A DNA stretch of 63,700 nt, counting the filler, from Calcarisporiella thermophila CBS 279.70 (lineage: Eukaryota > Fungi > Calcarisporiellomycota), in NCBI RefSeq assembly GCF_041956535.1. It is 11 parts of 10 records of this genome, joined end to end, with 100 filler letters (N's around TTAATTAATTAA, not from the genome) between each part and the next. Parts side by side here need not be neighbours in the genome. Positions count along the whole stretch, not along the records: positions 2,173 to 16,994 come from NW_027192193.1; positions 17,095 to 22,919 come from NW_027192214.1; 9 more parts are not named here. The stretch is one strand, 5' to 3'. This document shows, piece by piece, positions 11,267 through 22,748 of this stretch. Numbering within the stretch: position 1 is the stretch's first letter; every line of letters begins with the position of its first letter. Both the position numbers and the translations under genes were made by a program. A model generated the notes under the pieces. That model had not been told where the DNA came from and searched no databases. It saw only the letters and a list, made by a program, of their open reading frames with translations.

Positions 11267-13867
11267 ATGCCTAAAGCACGTCCATCCACACATACGAGTG
11301 ATGCAGGCACGACCAGACGCGCCGAACGCGGTGCAATTCCGCGCACTCGCCGGCACAGGCCCTACACAAGGCGGATGATGGAAAGTCGGTGCGACCAATG
11401 CGACCCATCTCAGAGCGCCGAGACATCAAATGGAGGGCAACAAAATCATGAACCCATCATCACAGAGTCCCTCAGGACGTGGTGGAGAGAAAAGATGTAT
11501 CCGGTCATGGAACTTGTGGCAGATTATATGCAGCGCACTGGTTATGTCCCACAGCTTAGTACCGGTCGCCAAGTCGCTGGTGGCAGGAAGAGGGAGCAAC
11601 GCGATTTCTCGTGGGCAGACAAATTGCGGACGCGTGCTTATGATACTCAAGGCATTAGCAACGGTGAACGGCGTGTGGATGATAGCGGCAGCCCAACCAC
11701 GCATCTCTGTAACGTTGGGGTGCATGAGTGCCAGGGACACGGTCTGAGTGCTGTGGCTCCTGCTGCCCATTCGTGTTTTCCGCGCCACGTCCCAGCAGGC
11801 CTCTGGGTAGAGCCTATTGAGGCATTTAGATCCGAACCAGAACCTCTGATTGAGTACCGTGACACCCTGCACTTGTGCTTTCGTCTCTCTGCACATCAAC
11901 CGGTCATGAGAGTTGATCTGGCCTGTGGTCTGGGGTCCTCTAGTCTCATGTATGGGCAGCCATGCTCTCACGGCGGTGGAATAAACCGCTTGCATTGTTA
12001 TCGCAGGATGACAGCAGCGAGCTTTGTGAATGCTGTGGCACGCGGGGAACTGCCAAGAGCGTACATTACAGCGCATAACTCTGCCTTGTGGTTGAACATT
12101 GTGGCCGCAGTGGTGACCGCAGCAGGAGGCGCTATGTTCGTTCAAAGCCCATATTCTTGCTCGGCTTGTGCTACTGCGGAAGCATGTGTTGCTGGCGCGA
12201 GTGTGGTATTTGATCCACCACCAGTCCCGCATGCGGTCGGAGAGACAGTTCAAGCTAACCCAATCCCTTTCTGGGAGGCGGTGGCAGGCCCGGACGGATT
12301 TGCAGACCCAGTGTGCGTCTTGGCGATGGACCAGCTCGATGTGACACATGGCCTCCTTCATTCACTCGATTGGGAATGGGGTACAGACAATGGCGACAAG
12401 GAGCTTGCTTGGAGTCTTGTATCGGGAGAGACACTTTTTAGGATACCATCTTTCTATCTTACCCATCACTGTGGCCTGGGTGGATGGCAGGTTGCTAGAG
12501 TGGCTAAATCAAGCCTGGGACTGTTTTCTCTCTTCGCAACGCTAGTGGCCAGCCGTTACGGGGCAGGGAATTTTGCCCATATTGGCATGGCTGGAAGAGA
12601 CGTCTGGCAAGTTCTGAGAGACACTGAGTTGGCCATAGGGTTTGCGCGGATGGTGACTCTCGCGCCCCAGGTTAGTAAGCACGGGACACTAGGCGTCATA
12701 ATAGGTGAAAGGCATGGGGTTGGGCTTCAGCGTATGGAGTTGGCTGCATGCTTGGCACTGGTGAGATTGGTGCCCTTGGTACTGGGGGCTTTTCGACAGG
12801 ATAGTGACTTCACAGCGCTGCGCATGTGGACAACCCTGGCCACTATGGGGTCGAATGTACAGGCTGCCGTGCGCGAGTTGCAGGAACTGGGGTTGACTGC
12901 AGCGCTACTGTATGCGGACAGCTTAGCCGAGGCAGATTTTGACAAGCGGGTGGCCCTCTTCCGGAAATTGGGCTACTCTGTGCCGGTTCACCCTAGCACC
13001 CTAACATTGTATAAAAGAAATGCACTGGCTTACAAGCTGTTTCACTCAGGATTAGCTGTGAATCTGAGAGGGCAGGTGCGAAGCTATTGGGCGGCATTAG
13101 CCTCATTTTCAAGCAACTGGGGCAAGGTTGAAGGACTGCAATTATTCGATGAGGTGTGGGATGAGGTCAATACGGCGGAAGATGATGCTGAGAAGTCGGT
13201 ACTATGGTGGTCACAGGCCAGCCTGCACGTGGAACCGGGGGAAGGGGACATGCTACGGGTATGGTGGAGCGTCCCTGAGGGCACAGCTCCTGTGGTTCAC
13301 CAGCTGCATCCACAGGAGGTGCTGGTGCCTAGTGGCCAGGTCGCCGGTCTGATTGCGGGCAAGTCTCACAGTACACGGGCTAGAGGGGCGAGGTACATGC
13401 CTGCATATGTTGTAGGGACTGCAGGCACACTCGGCAGGGCTTCCTTGCAAGTGGATGCACGAGGGTACGCTCCGGGGAATGCGCTTGAAGGGGACTGTAT
13501 GTGGATGTTGGGCGTGGTCGCAACTCCAGGGACTGGGGGATGGATGTCTGACACATGCATTCCAGACGTGGTGACTCACTGCGTGGATTGCCATCCGCAG
13601 AGAGGGGAAGCCCGCTCAATCATGGACGAGCGTCGCTGTCCGACATGCATCCTCCCCACCTGGGAAGCTGAAGATGGAGTACACGGTCCAGTGGCTCTGG
13701 TGCATGATATGCATCCTGCCTATGCTTTAATTGGCATTGATGCTTGTAGTAGAGGGCACATGGCATATTTCCTCTCCTCTAGGGACATAGGCTACCAACG
13801 GGCTCAGGCGTGTGCTGCGCGTGCGGGGGTGCTGGTGGACCCTCTTGCGACAGTGAGAGTGGGTTAG
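11267..13867 (+). CDS. Intronless 866-aa hypothetical protein, Cys/His/Trp/Gly/Ala-rich; possibly RNA-virus-derived
   Basis: 2.6-kb uninterrupted ORF, G-rich versus AT-rich flanks; CxxC pairs (CDQC, CSAC, CVDC, CPTC); no family securely recognised. Confidence 0.8.
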   Translation: MPKARPSTHTSDAGTTRRAERGAIPRTRRHRPYTRRMMESRCDQCDPSQSAETSNGGQQNHEPIITESLRTWWREKMYPVMELVADYMQRTGYVPQLSTGRQVAGGRKREQRDFSWADKLRTRAYDTQGISNGERRVDDSGSPTTHLCNVGVHECQGHGLSAVAPAAHSCFPRHVPAGLWVEPIEAFRSEPEPLIEYRDTLHLCFRLSAHQPVMRVDLACGLGSSSLMYGQPCSHGGGINRLHCYRRMTAASFVNAVARGELPRAYITAHNSALWLNIVAAVVTAAGGAMFVQSPYSCSACATAEACVAGASVVFDPPPVPHAVGETVQANPIPFWEAVAGPDGFADPVCVLAMDQLDVTHGLLHSLDWEWGTDNGDKELAWSLVSGETLFRIPSFYLTHHCGLGGWQVARVAKSSLGLFSLFATLVASRYGAGNFAHIGMAGRDVWQVLRDTELAIGFARMVTLAPQVSKHGTLGVIIGERHGVGLQRMELAACLALVRLVPLVLGAFRQDSDFTALRMWTTLATMGSNVQAAVRELQELGLTAALLYADSLAEADFDKRVALFRKLGYSVPVHPSTLTLYKRNALAYKLFHSGLAVNLRGQVRSYWAALASFSSNWGKVEGLQLFDEVWDEVNTAEDDAEKSVLWWSQASLHVEPGEGDMLRVWWSVPEGTAPVVHQLHPQEVLVPSGQVAGLIAGKSHSTRARGARYMPAYVVGTAGTLGRASLQVDARGYAPGNALEGDCMWMLGVVATPGTGGWMSDTCIPDVVTHCVDCHPQRGEARSIMDERRCPTCILPTWEAEDGVHGPVALVHDMHPAYALIGIDACSRGHMAYFLSSRDIGYQRAQACAARAGVLVDPLATVRVG

Positions 13868-13868
13868 G

Positions 13869-14030
13869 GTTGTGAATAGTGGTTTATTTTTTCTGACGAG
13901 CTGTCGAATATGTAGGATAATTATGAAATTTCGTATTTTATGTACCTATTTTTTCTAAACTCATCCATAGTTTCACTTCGCAAGAAATAAACGCATTTTT
14001 AACTAGTAGACACTACTTGTTTATAAAAAA
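13869..14030 (-). repeat. Right arm of the long imperfect inverted repeat
   Basis: Begins directly after the ORF stop codon; reverse-complement match to 11033-11181. Confidence 0.85.
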
Positions 14031-14039
14031 GAAACCGTC

Positions 14040-15240
14040 GTTTTCATGATCTTGCATAGCCTTGTGACGTAGCTGCCTTCCTCTGTTTTCACCTTTATCT
14101 CGAGTTAGCATTTCGTGCAGCAATGATTCGTTGGAAGTAGGCCGTTGATTTCTCTCCTTGTTCAGTCCATCTTGCTCTGCTTCGATTACGCAAGGTTTCT
14201 TGTTTTCTCTTCAAGATATGACTCTGTTCTGTCTGCAGCTCCGTCCGTTCTGCTTGTAGTCCTTCTGAGATATTCGTCCCAGTTTTTCCTATCTCTCTTA
14301 GGCGGGTTTGAATCTCCTTGAGTCTATTTCGGTGCCTCTTTGCCCGCTTTTCACTAAATTCCTGTGTGCATGCCTGAAAATTTAGTTTAGTTTCTTCCCA
14401 GAATTTGATCGGATCAATGTTGAATATAGGGTCCTGGATGCGTATTCTCCAGAGGGACTGAATCTGACAAAGGTTTAGCTTCTATTAGGTCGGTGTTTAA
14501 TTTCCACCATCCCGGTCCGCGCTTATTCTGGGTACTTTGATTGATCATAAGGAGTAGGCCTAAGTGGTCCGATGAGGATCTCCCTTCGAATAGGAGTGGG
14601 GTTATGGTTTCCAAGACCTGGGATTTTCTAGGAGGGTTGGTGTGGTATACGCGTGGTCTATACGGGTTTTCACTATTCCTGAGCCTGTGACCGTCTCATA
14701 AGTGAATTGATATGCTCGGGAGGAGAAGTATCTATGGATGTCGTACAGGTCTAAATCCCCTAGTGACTCTTCCAGCGACTTCCATGAAGTTCTTTGTCCG
14801 TTCGACCCTGGGAGGGGTGGCCAGTGGTTTAAGTTGGAGCTTTGGTAGGTATTGAAATCTCCTACCATAACTTGGCGTGCCTTTTGGAGTTGTTTGAAAC
14901 TGGTTTGATAGAAGTTGTTTCGGTCTTGAGGGTTCGCAGGTACATACACTGTTGTAATGTGTAGAGGATCTTGGTTCTGGGTGGTTTTGTTGATGATTTT
15001 TGCTTGGATAATTCTCCTGTCCTCTGACCTAAATGTCTCTTCTAGGCTGATGTGTTCCGAGGTTGAAAGAATGGCATTGTGTTTTGACCATAGGGCGGGG
15101 TAGCACCAATGTTGGGACCACTATTGGTAATCTTTGGAGGCTGTGTGTGTTTCTTGGAGACAGATAATGTTGACATCGAGTGATTTTAACCATAGGAAAA
15201 TATATGATCGCTTTTGGATGGAATTTAGTCCGCGGTGCAT
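14040..15240 (-). pseudogene. LINE ORF2 fragment: APE endonuclease, with stops and frameshifts
   Basis: ICLQETH, VYVPA, VGDFN, RIDHAY, SDH, GPGWWKLN motifs. Confidence 0.88.
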
Positions 15241-15289
15241 GACGGTTTTTTATTTCCTCTAAGGGCGCGGGAACTTGCGTCCTGTGGTT

Positions 15290-15488
15290 TATTTAATATA
15301 TATTACAAATGTAAGATGTGCTTTCGGACAGGCTTATTAAGTACTAGAAGAACATGGGATATAGTTTAAAGAGTTCCGTGCTTGGAAATGTTGGATTAAG
15401 AGTTCTTGGCTTCCTCGAAATCGAATGCTACTTCTTGGCTGTCATCGATCCGGATTAACGAGCACTTTCCCCATTTTTGCTTGAACCC
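15290..15488 (-). mobile_element. Very short LINE 3' end remnant
   Basis: Reads FKQKWGKCSLIRIDDSQEVAFDF..*, similar to other LINE ORF2 C-termini in the window. Confidence 0.5.
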
Positions 15489-15505
15489 TTCATTTCGACG
15501 GGGTC

Positions 15506-16025
15506 TTTTTTTTTTGGGATTTATGGATCTTTATTGAAAAGTATCCTTTTAAGTTAGTATAGTGCCTTGTCAGGAGAATGCTCTCAAAAAGAAAAAAAAA
15601 ATCAGGAGAAATACATGTAAGTAGTGGTTGATCGTATGAATACCATCCTATTTTTCAAGGACGGTATTATACAAGAGAGGAAAAGAATATAGACAACAAA
15701 AAAAAGGGAAAAATTGGAATGCGGGTGGTAGGGTATTCAGCATGGTCGTATTGGAGCTAAGTGTTTTGGTTGAAGGATATTTCGTCTCCTTGGACTTGTA
15801 TCCAACTTCCCTTACACCAAAGCTCTTGGAAATCTTCTTTCTTATCCTTTATGGACGCTGATCACCATTTGGATCTCACGATTTTTTGCATTTCGTGACC
15901 TAGTTGTTCAGCGAGCGCTATTTCGCTTGGTTGGGCGTTATCCATTATTATCGATAATCTTGATCGATATATTATCCAAATTGCTGCATCATGGACCGTT
16001 GACACTACTTCCCGTTGGTAGCCCA
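15506..16025 (-). mobile_element. 5'-truncated LINE (family B) with poly(A) tail and 17-bp TSD TTCATTTCGACGGGGTC
   Basis: TSD copies at 15489-15505 and 16026-16042; closely similar to 48985-49510. Confidence 0.88.
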
Positions 16026-16046
16026 TTCATTTCGACGGGGTCAGCA

Positions 16047-16994
16047 TTTTTTTTGATCAATGCCGAGTCTTTATTGTATAGGAAGACTCTAAAATACAAT
16101 TGTTACATTATTATAAGCAATAAAGTGAAAGGGAAGCCAAAGTTAAAGCTTTGTGTGATATCGTAGATCGAAATGATATGTTGGTCATATCAACTTTCAG
16201 CTCAAATAGGTAAGGGAATGGTGAAACTCAACTAACTGTGGATATCAAAGGATAGCATGAGAAGTGGGGTGGGGAGTAAACAAATGGAAGCAGAGGACAG
16301 GAAGGGGATAAGGTAAGGATTACTGCGTTATCCCAGTATCAGTGCCGCTCCGATCGCTCCTTCTCTAACCGCACCCAGCTTGCACCATCTTCTTCGAAAC
16401 TGTTCGATTTGCCGGTTTTTTCGTGCTCGCATTAGTTCGGCTCCTATCACTTCCTCAATATCTAGTTTGGCCCGGTTGATGATTATTTCGGGTGAAGCTC
16501 GGGTGCTTTCGAAATGAAAGGCGATCCGATCTCGGTGGATTTGCCACAGCACCGAGTCAAAAGTAATTCGGGCTACGTGTCTCGCTGTTCTCGAGGATTC
16601 CATGAGGTCTCCAAGTATGAGGTTGCGAGCAGTCAGCACCGGAGTATTCTGGGGGCCTGTGGTGGTGACGATGCACCTCTCCGCCCATTGCCATACTGGT
16701 GTGAGTTCAGGACATTCGAAGAAAGTGTGCCGAATTGTGTCTCTCGAGGCGTTACATCGGGTGCACTTCGGATCGTGGCCAGGAAATGTCGAGTTAGTGA
16801 TCACTCGTTCCACAAGAATCCGCCAGCGTAGCGCACGGTGTTTTGGGAGGGTGGGTCGTTTGTGGACGGAAGTCCAGATTTTCTTCCAATCCTCGGGTGT
16901 AGATCCAGCCTCTGGCCAGGATTGAGGCACCAATATGTTCGGCTCTAGAGAGCCGTTGCGCCGGAAGTGCCGTCCTTGTCGGGTGGAGTATTCC
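16047..16994 (-). mobile_element. LINE (family A) 3' end with zf-RVT CCHC region
   Basis: CTRC..DTIRHTFFEC motif; tail ATTGATC(A)n; homologous to 46775-48309. Confidence 0.9.
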
Positions 16995-17159
16995 NNNNNN
17001 NNNNNNNNNNNNNNNNNNNNNNNNNNNNNNNNNNNNNNTTAATTAATTAANNNNNNNNNNNNNNNNNNNNNNNNNNNNNNNNNNNNNNNNNNNNTGACAA
17101 TGTAAATAAACTAAAAACCATTTATGTTATTTTGAGATTATGTACTGTCTATAGATTTG

Positions 17160-17694
17160 GTAGCCATCGGAACTACTAACAACTCTCAAGGTGAGCGTAC
17201 TCTCGGGTAAATGCAACACAGGATCTAACGCAACAATCAGTCAATACAGGCTTAATGTCCACATATGCTTGCAACATTTTCTTAATTCTGTATTGACTGA
17301 TGCCACCTATGCCTAATAATTCGCTTATATCTTCATATGCTTCGTCGCTTAGACTGTGTTTGATCTTTAATTTAAACAACTCAATAGCTTTAATAGTCTC
17401 TTCGTCCATCTTATCTATTTGAGACAATTTAGATTAACATGCTGTCCCAGACTTATAACTTGAGTTGCTTTGCATCTTACATAACTCTTCTACTTCTGAT
17501 TCCTCTTCGGAGCTAATATCACTTGGATTTTCGTCATTCGACTCTGAAACTCTTTCGCTCTCTTCTTCGTATTGTGTAGAATCGGAAGATTCAGAACCAG
17601 CTCGATCTTCATGGTCCTCATCCATGAATTGATGGTGTCCAATATCATTATCTGTAGTATAATCAAATGGCTCTTCACTAGATCTGAAAAACAT
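17160..17694 (-). pseudogene. CACTA/EnSpm-type transposase N-terminal fragment
   Basis: Acidic N-terminus, then KHSLSDEAY...DCCVRSCVAFT..YAHLESC followed by premature stops. Confidence 0.65.
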
Positions 17695-18498
17695 TTAGTT
17701 TTAGGATAGCTCGATCATCAATAAAGATGCTCCTTGTGATCAACCTGAAAATTTCTCAATCATTTGCTACTTCTGTATAACAGCCTTCCTCAGAGTGAGG
17801 CAAATTATAAATCAACTCTCGCAGTTGTCGCTCATGTCTCGATCGTGTTGAAATGCTTACCATTTTACCATTGCATAAAGGGCAGAGACATTCGACTTGT
17901 TTTCGAGGCATTTATATGCTATAAACTTGGATTAAAATATGAATCAAGTGGAAAAAAGAATCGATAGTTGCTGACTGATTTTAATTCGATTTAATAGCTT
18001 ATATTTTCAAAAATAGTAGCCCGAAGATCAAATTTGAAAATGAAAAAATCAACCTTTATAGTATATGTCTTTTTAAGACTTGAATATACTGTAATCACAA
18101 ATTATAAGTAACTTAGGTGGTCATGTTAGTTGAAATACCTCCTTTAAATCCACGCCTTTGATCAAATTAGATTGGAATCATTTAACCAGTGGTTGCAATC
18201 TAATTTCTTTGTTAGGAAAATGGCTGATCTGACTTGCTTGATATGTAAATAAGAAATCAATAAAGGACTCAATATGGTTAATCGCAAACTCAAAATGCAT
18301 CTTTCAAAAACAACAAACTATCAAAAAAGTAATAGTGAATAACTTTATTTCCCATGACGTGATGCGTGAGAAGAATAACTTAGTCGTTTAAAACATCGAA
18401 ATTATTTTTGCAATTTTTGCTAAAGAACAATTTGTCTCTTGCTCTAACCCTGATATCCCCACTTTCCATTTATTTTTCTTTATATATTTCCTTTATTT

Positions 18499-19834
18499 TT
18501 GCAGATGCCAACAGAGAAGCAAGATCTCTCCTCGGATTCGAACAAGAAAGAGTTCAATGATAAGCTAGTAAACTTATTAGCTAAAAAATTTACGCCAGAA
18601 ATGGTGTTATCGCTTCTCTCTGAGTGCTTAGGACCAAGTCAACTACTTCCTGAGGAGGAAAATGTCAATATTGATGGTTATGTTGGCTACAGAGACAGGG
18701 ATAGAAGTGCAAAGGAGTCTGCAAAGGAAGACCGATCAAAGCGTATTTTAACTGATGCAAGTTCAAAAATGAATCGGGTAAAATACTCGCTTTTCTGAAA
18801 AAGTTTCTACTAATTCACCTTACTATCCAATGAGTCGTCTTTCAATATTGAAAAGACTGGAGTGCAATGTATCAATAAGCCAGTTCTTTCAGATAAAAAG
18901 AGCTACATAAACGTTGGTGAATATTTAGGACTTTCTTCAATAAAAGTAAGGAGATATCGCGTAAGTTCATCCATTTACTGGAGACTATTTGCATCGCTGA
19001 ATATAGGCTACCATCCTTGTTGGTGTTCTATTTCAGTACAGGTTACGCAGTATCATGGAAAATGTTAAACTTGATTTTAGTAAGTCATTCAAATCTCAGG
19101 ATCCTTTGACAATCAATAGAGTTATTCGAAAGGTAAACTGTAGCAATTGTATTTGATTATTTCATTACAATTTCAATCATAAAACTGTAAAATAGTTTAA
19201 AGAGGATCATAAGGATTTTCCAGCAACTCGATCAGATTGGGCGATACAAGAGTGTATAAAGCAAACCTTTCATAACAAAAGTAAGGGAATATTTTACTAA
19301 TGAAGAAAGTATAAAGTGTTCGGAAAGTATTGTAATTTAATTATCTATGCTAGGATCATACCAGTCGGAAAAAATAAAGGAATACCGCATTGAACCAGAG
19401 CTCAATAATGATGAAAATTCACTCCCAATCGAAATGGAAAAGTGGGCTGTGGACTCGGATTCCACGAATATTTTCAGGAAAATTAAGCTTAAAGGCGGTA
19501 TAGCCATATATTTTTCTTTTAATTTATATCCTCAATCATAGTTACAGTAATTACTTTTTCTTTTGTATTAGGTACATGTACTGAGGGGTATCCACTACGT
19601 TCCAGAATGACAAAAGGAGAAGAAGTAGAAGATTCGGCAGGTACAAAAGAAAAAGATGGTATGCAGAAGGATCCGGTTGCAACAACTGATGCGCGCACAG
19701 GAAAAAGGAAAGCCAAAGGAATCAGCTCCATGGAAGAATTGGGCAACGAGGTAGGCAGGGTCAAGAGGATTACACGAACCTACAGAAAAACGAGAGCCCG
19801 AAATAGTCGAACCACCAGGCAAAACAGGGCATAA
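18499..19834 (+). CDS. Multi-exon hypothetical gene divergent from the transposase; probable transposon accessory ORF
   Basis: Short exon-like ORFs bounded by GT/AG signals; no domain recognised. Confidence 0.4.
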
Positions 19835-20029
19835 TTTGTAAATGCTAACGCAACATTAAAAAGTATTTTTTAATTATTAATTGAATAAATAATTCTATAC
19901 ATTATTGGCTAAATATCGTTTATAAACCTGGTGTAATTGAGCAACAATTACCTTCCATATAAGTGATAGTCAACATAGGGAATTGCTCACTTTCCGTATG
20001 TTTGTTTTACGTCATTTTCCTGCATGTGT

Positions 20030-20340
20030 TTCCGAGTTTATTCCTTACCCCGACTTCCTACTGGGAGGACCGGATTGACTTGAGTACGTGTCCTACCATT
20101 CTTGGAGCTTATAGAAAGTCGCCGAGTAAGATTTGCCTGGGAGTCAGCACCTGGAGGTTCAGGGAACCTACCATATTTTTGACATAATCTCTCTGCCCAC
20201 TGCCACACTGATGTGGATTCGGGATATTCGAAGAAAGTTTGACGGATTGTGTCCCTCGAGGCATTACAGCGAGTACACTTCGAATCGTGACCAGGGAATG
20301 TCGAGTTGGTACACGCTCTGCAAGGATTCGCCAGCGTAGA
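20030..20340 (-). mobile_element. Degenerate LINE family A zf-RVT fragment
   Basis: Nucleotide similarity to 16690-16830 and 47290-47410. Confidence 0.7.
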
Positions 20341-20599
20341 AGTATAAAGTATTTTGGGGTTAAAAATAATATATAGTAGATAGTTATTTTAGTTGAAATA
20401 AATAAATTATCAAATTCGGCATGGAACTATCAGTTTTTCCGCACGTAAAACTGCAAACAGAGTTAAAAGCACTAAAAATATTGGACAAATTTGCCAGTGA
20501 ATCATAATCAGAAATGACTCATAAGATTTGATTATTGTTCACATATTATTCCTCTAATATTTCCAGTAAAGGAGCTCAAAAAGCGGAATGAGAAATCCT

Positions 20600-20970
20600 T
20601 TCTTCCTCCAGCGTCATCATAGATCGCTACAACAGATGCATCAGACATTGGATGTGGCGCGAACTTCGGATCCCTTACCATAGGAGGACCATGGTCAGAA
20701 ACAGAGAGCCAATATCACATCAATTGGAAGGAGCTAAAGGTAGCGAGAGAGATCTGGATAGTATGCCTGTCTCGAGGCATTCGTCCGATAGCAGATTACA
20801 TCACGGGTGCCTCTTATTTCATGCCTTTCCTTGGAGTCATAGGAATTGGTCTTGGAGGACATCTGTGATTGTCCCGGGGAATCTCTATGAATACTATTTG
20901 ATGCCCATCTTCTAATATATCCTGCGCCACTCGTTTTTGAAACTTAGCAACCGTCCTCCCCACAGATATA
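20600..20970 (-). mobile_element. DIRS-like retrotransposon RT N-terminal fragment
   Basis: VGGRLLSFKNEW..ILEDGHQIVF; homologous to 44650-44820. Confidence 0.65.
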
Positions 20971-21240
20971 CAAATGAATAAATTAAAAGATACAATTTAA
21001 GGCTCTGTTGTCAGTAATATTTTAAAAATTAAGTATTTTGAATTTGCAAAAATATTAATCAAACAAACTGATTATAAACGAAGGGATAAAAATAATTTCT
21101 GACCACTTTCCGTAACACTAATAACACCACATATATTCATTTACCGAAGAGATACTGTATAAGGATGAATATTACAAAATGAATTAACATTGATGACTAC
21201 TATATAAAATGGTCCAGGCTACTTAATATTTTATGGCTAA

Positions 21241-21597
21241 TCATTTCTTTCTAATTCTGACAGAAGCGTGATTTTGCTCGACATTGCATTGTTGGGGGAC
21301 TTTAATTACTGAATCGGAAGGGCAAGCGTAAAAACTATACCAAATGGCCCTGTAACCCTTACGAATTTTCCAAGAACCAACATATGTGGAAGTAGTATCA
21401 GAGTGACAACCGAGTTTAGTGATTTTTTCGGCATCACCTTGAAAGCCACACTCTGGCCAGATTACTAGGTAAGCGTCAGTAAATTCATTATCGCCAAGCT
21501 CGTCTTCATTGCTTTGTTCGCACAGGTTAGTAGGTGTTGCCGATATCAGAACAAGGAAACACAAGAAAAATAGGACTATTATTATTGTAGATTTCAT
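21241..21597 (-). CDS. Small secreted protein with beta/gamma-crystallin-like motif
   Basis: Signal peptide; LVIWPECGFQG...SWKIRKGY..IWY...SVRI pattern; intronless. Confidence 0.7.
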   Translation of the reverse strand: MKSTIIIVLFFLCFLVLISATPTNLCEQSNEDELGDNEFTDAYLVIWPECGFQGDAEKITKLGCHSDTTSTYVGSWKIRKGYRAIWYSFYACPSDSVIKVPQQCNVEQNHASVRIRKK

Positions 21598-22675
21598 CTC
21601 TTTTTGTTGACAAATTTTTAAGTAAATATGCAGCTTTTATAATTTTTTGCGGGATGATGAATTTTTTGATTTACAATAAGTATACTATATTAGGATCCAT
21701 ATTTTTTGAATAGCCGCTGAATATAAGAATTTAATAAAAGGTTTGTTAAAATTACGAGAAAGAAATTTAAACCTTCAGCATTTGATGTTGGTTCTCTGTC
21801 GGTGTGTTTAGAATTGAGAATATACATTATAGTAACTTTATAGTGTAAAATAATAGATTTATCATATACAGCGACCTAGAAGAAACATTTGTGAGGTTAA
21901 TGATTTGGATATGGACTGAGTAGCATAAATACATATATAACCGCATATATAATATACTTGTCTTGTGATCAAGATTTTTGCATTTTAATAATAGAGAAAC
22001 CATGAATATCGCAGATTTTACTCATTGATACCTTATCGCTGTTTTAAGTTTTGCCTGCTAGACCGTCCTAGTTGCATATTCATGGAGTTTGGCCTCGACT
22101 ATTGGTCGACCATGTATAGATTATGACACCTGACATACTTATAAAACCTTTCGAACCGCTCGAAATTAACGTTCCGCACAAAGTGATTTTATTTCCATTT
22201 TAACATACTAACAAACCAATTTGAGGTTTGATACCAAGTGCAATTTGCATTTCGCGAGATCTTTTTTGCTGTAAGCGCACTAAAATGTCAAATCTAGAAC
22301 TATTAAACTATTTAAATAAATAATTTATTATATCGCGGTCAAAATATCTACAAAATTTCAACTACCCATTGTGTATTATTATCTCTTTTTATTTGGCCCA
22401 ATTGGAGTAAAAAATTGAACTTAAATCCTACCAAAAAGTAAGTTCTTTTCTTAGAAAATATTGGGAAACAAAGATGCTTTATAAGCCAAGTAAAAATTGT
22501 TATAGGAAAGGAATTTATATAATTAGAATTAATTAATTGATTCTGAAACTTTTTTCACTATTCTATATTCAATAAACCTTATAAGTATGAATGTTAAAAT
22601 ATTTCGCACATTTCTATGCAAAAATCAAATTTCACAATACCATTTGAAAACTATTAAAAAATATTAAAAGCAATC

Positions 22676-22748
22676 CGCCCATGGCAGGACTCGAACCTGC
22701 AACCTTTAGATCCGAAGTCTAACGCGCTATCCATTGCGCCACATGAGC
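22676..22748 (-). tRNA. tRNA-Arg(TCG)
   Basis: GCTCATG...TTAGA-CTTCGGA-TCTAA...GGTTCGAGTCC...CATGGGCG cloverleaf. Confidence 0.95.

Noticed and set aside
11426-12361. 311-aa antisense ORF codon-aligned with the 866-aa ORF (ambigrammatic-like)
   Set aside because: Covers only about a third of the gene; expected shadow ORF in GC-rich coding DNA
13861-13871. GGGTTAGGGTT telomere-like motif at the ORF stop
   Set aside because: Under two repeat units and internal; could be chance in G-rich sequence
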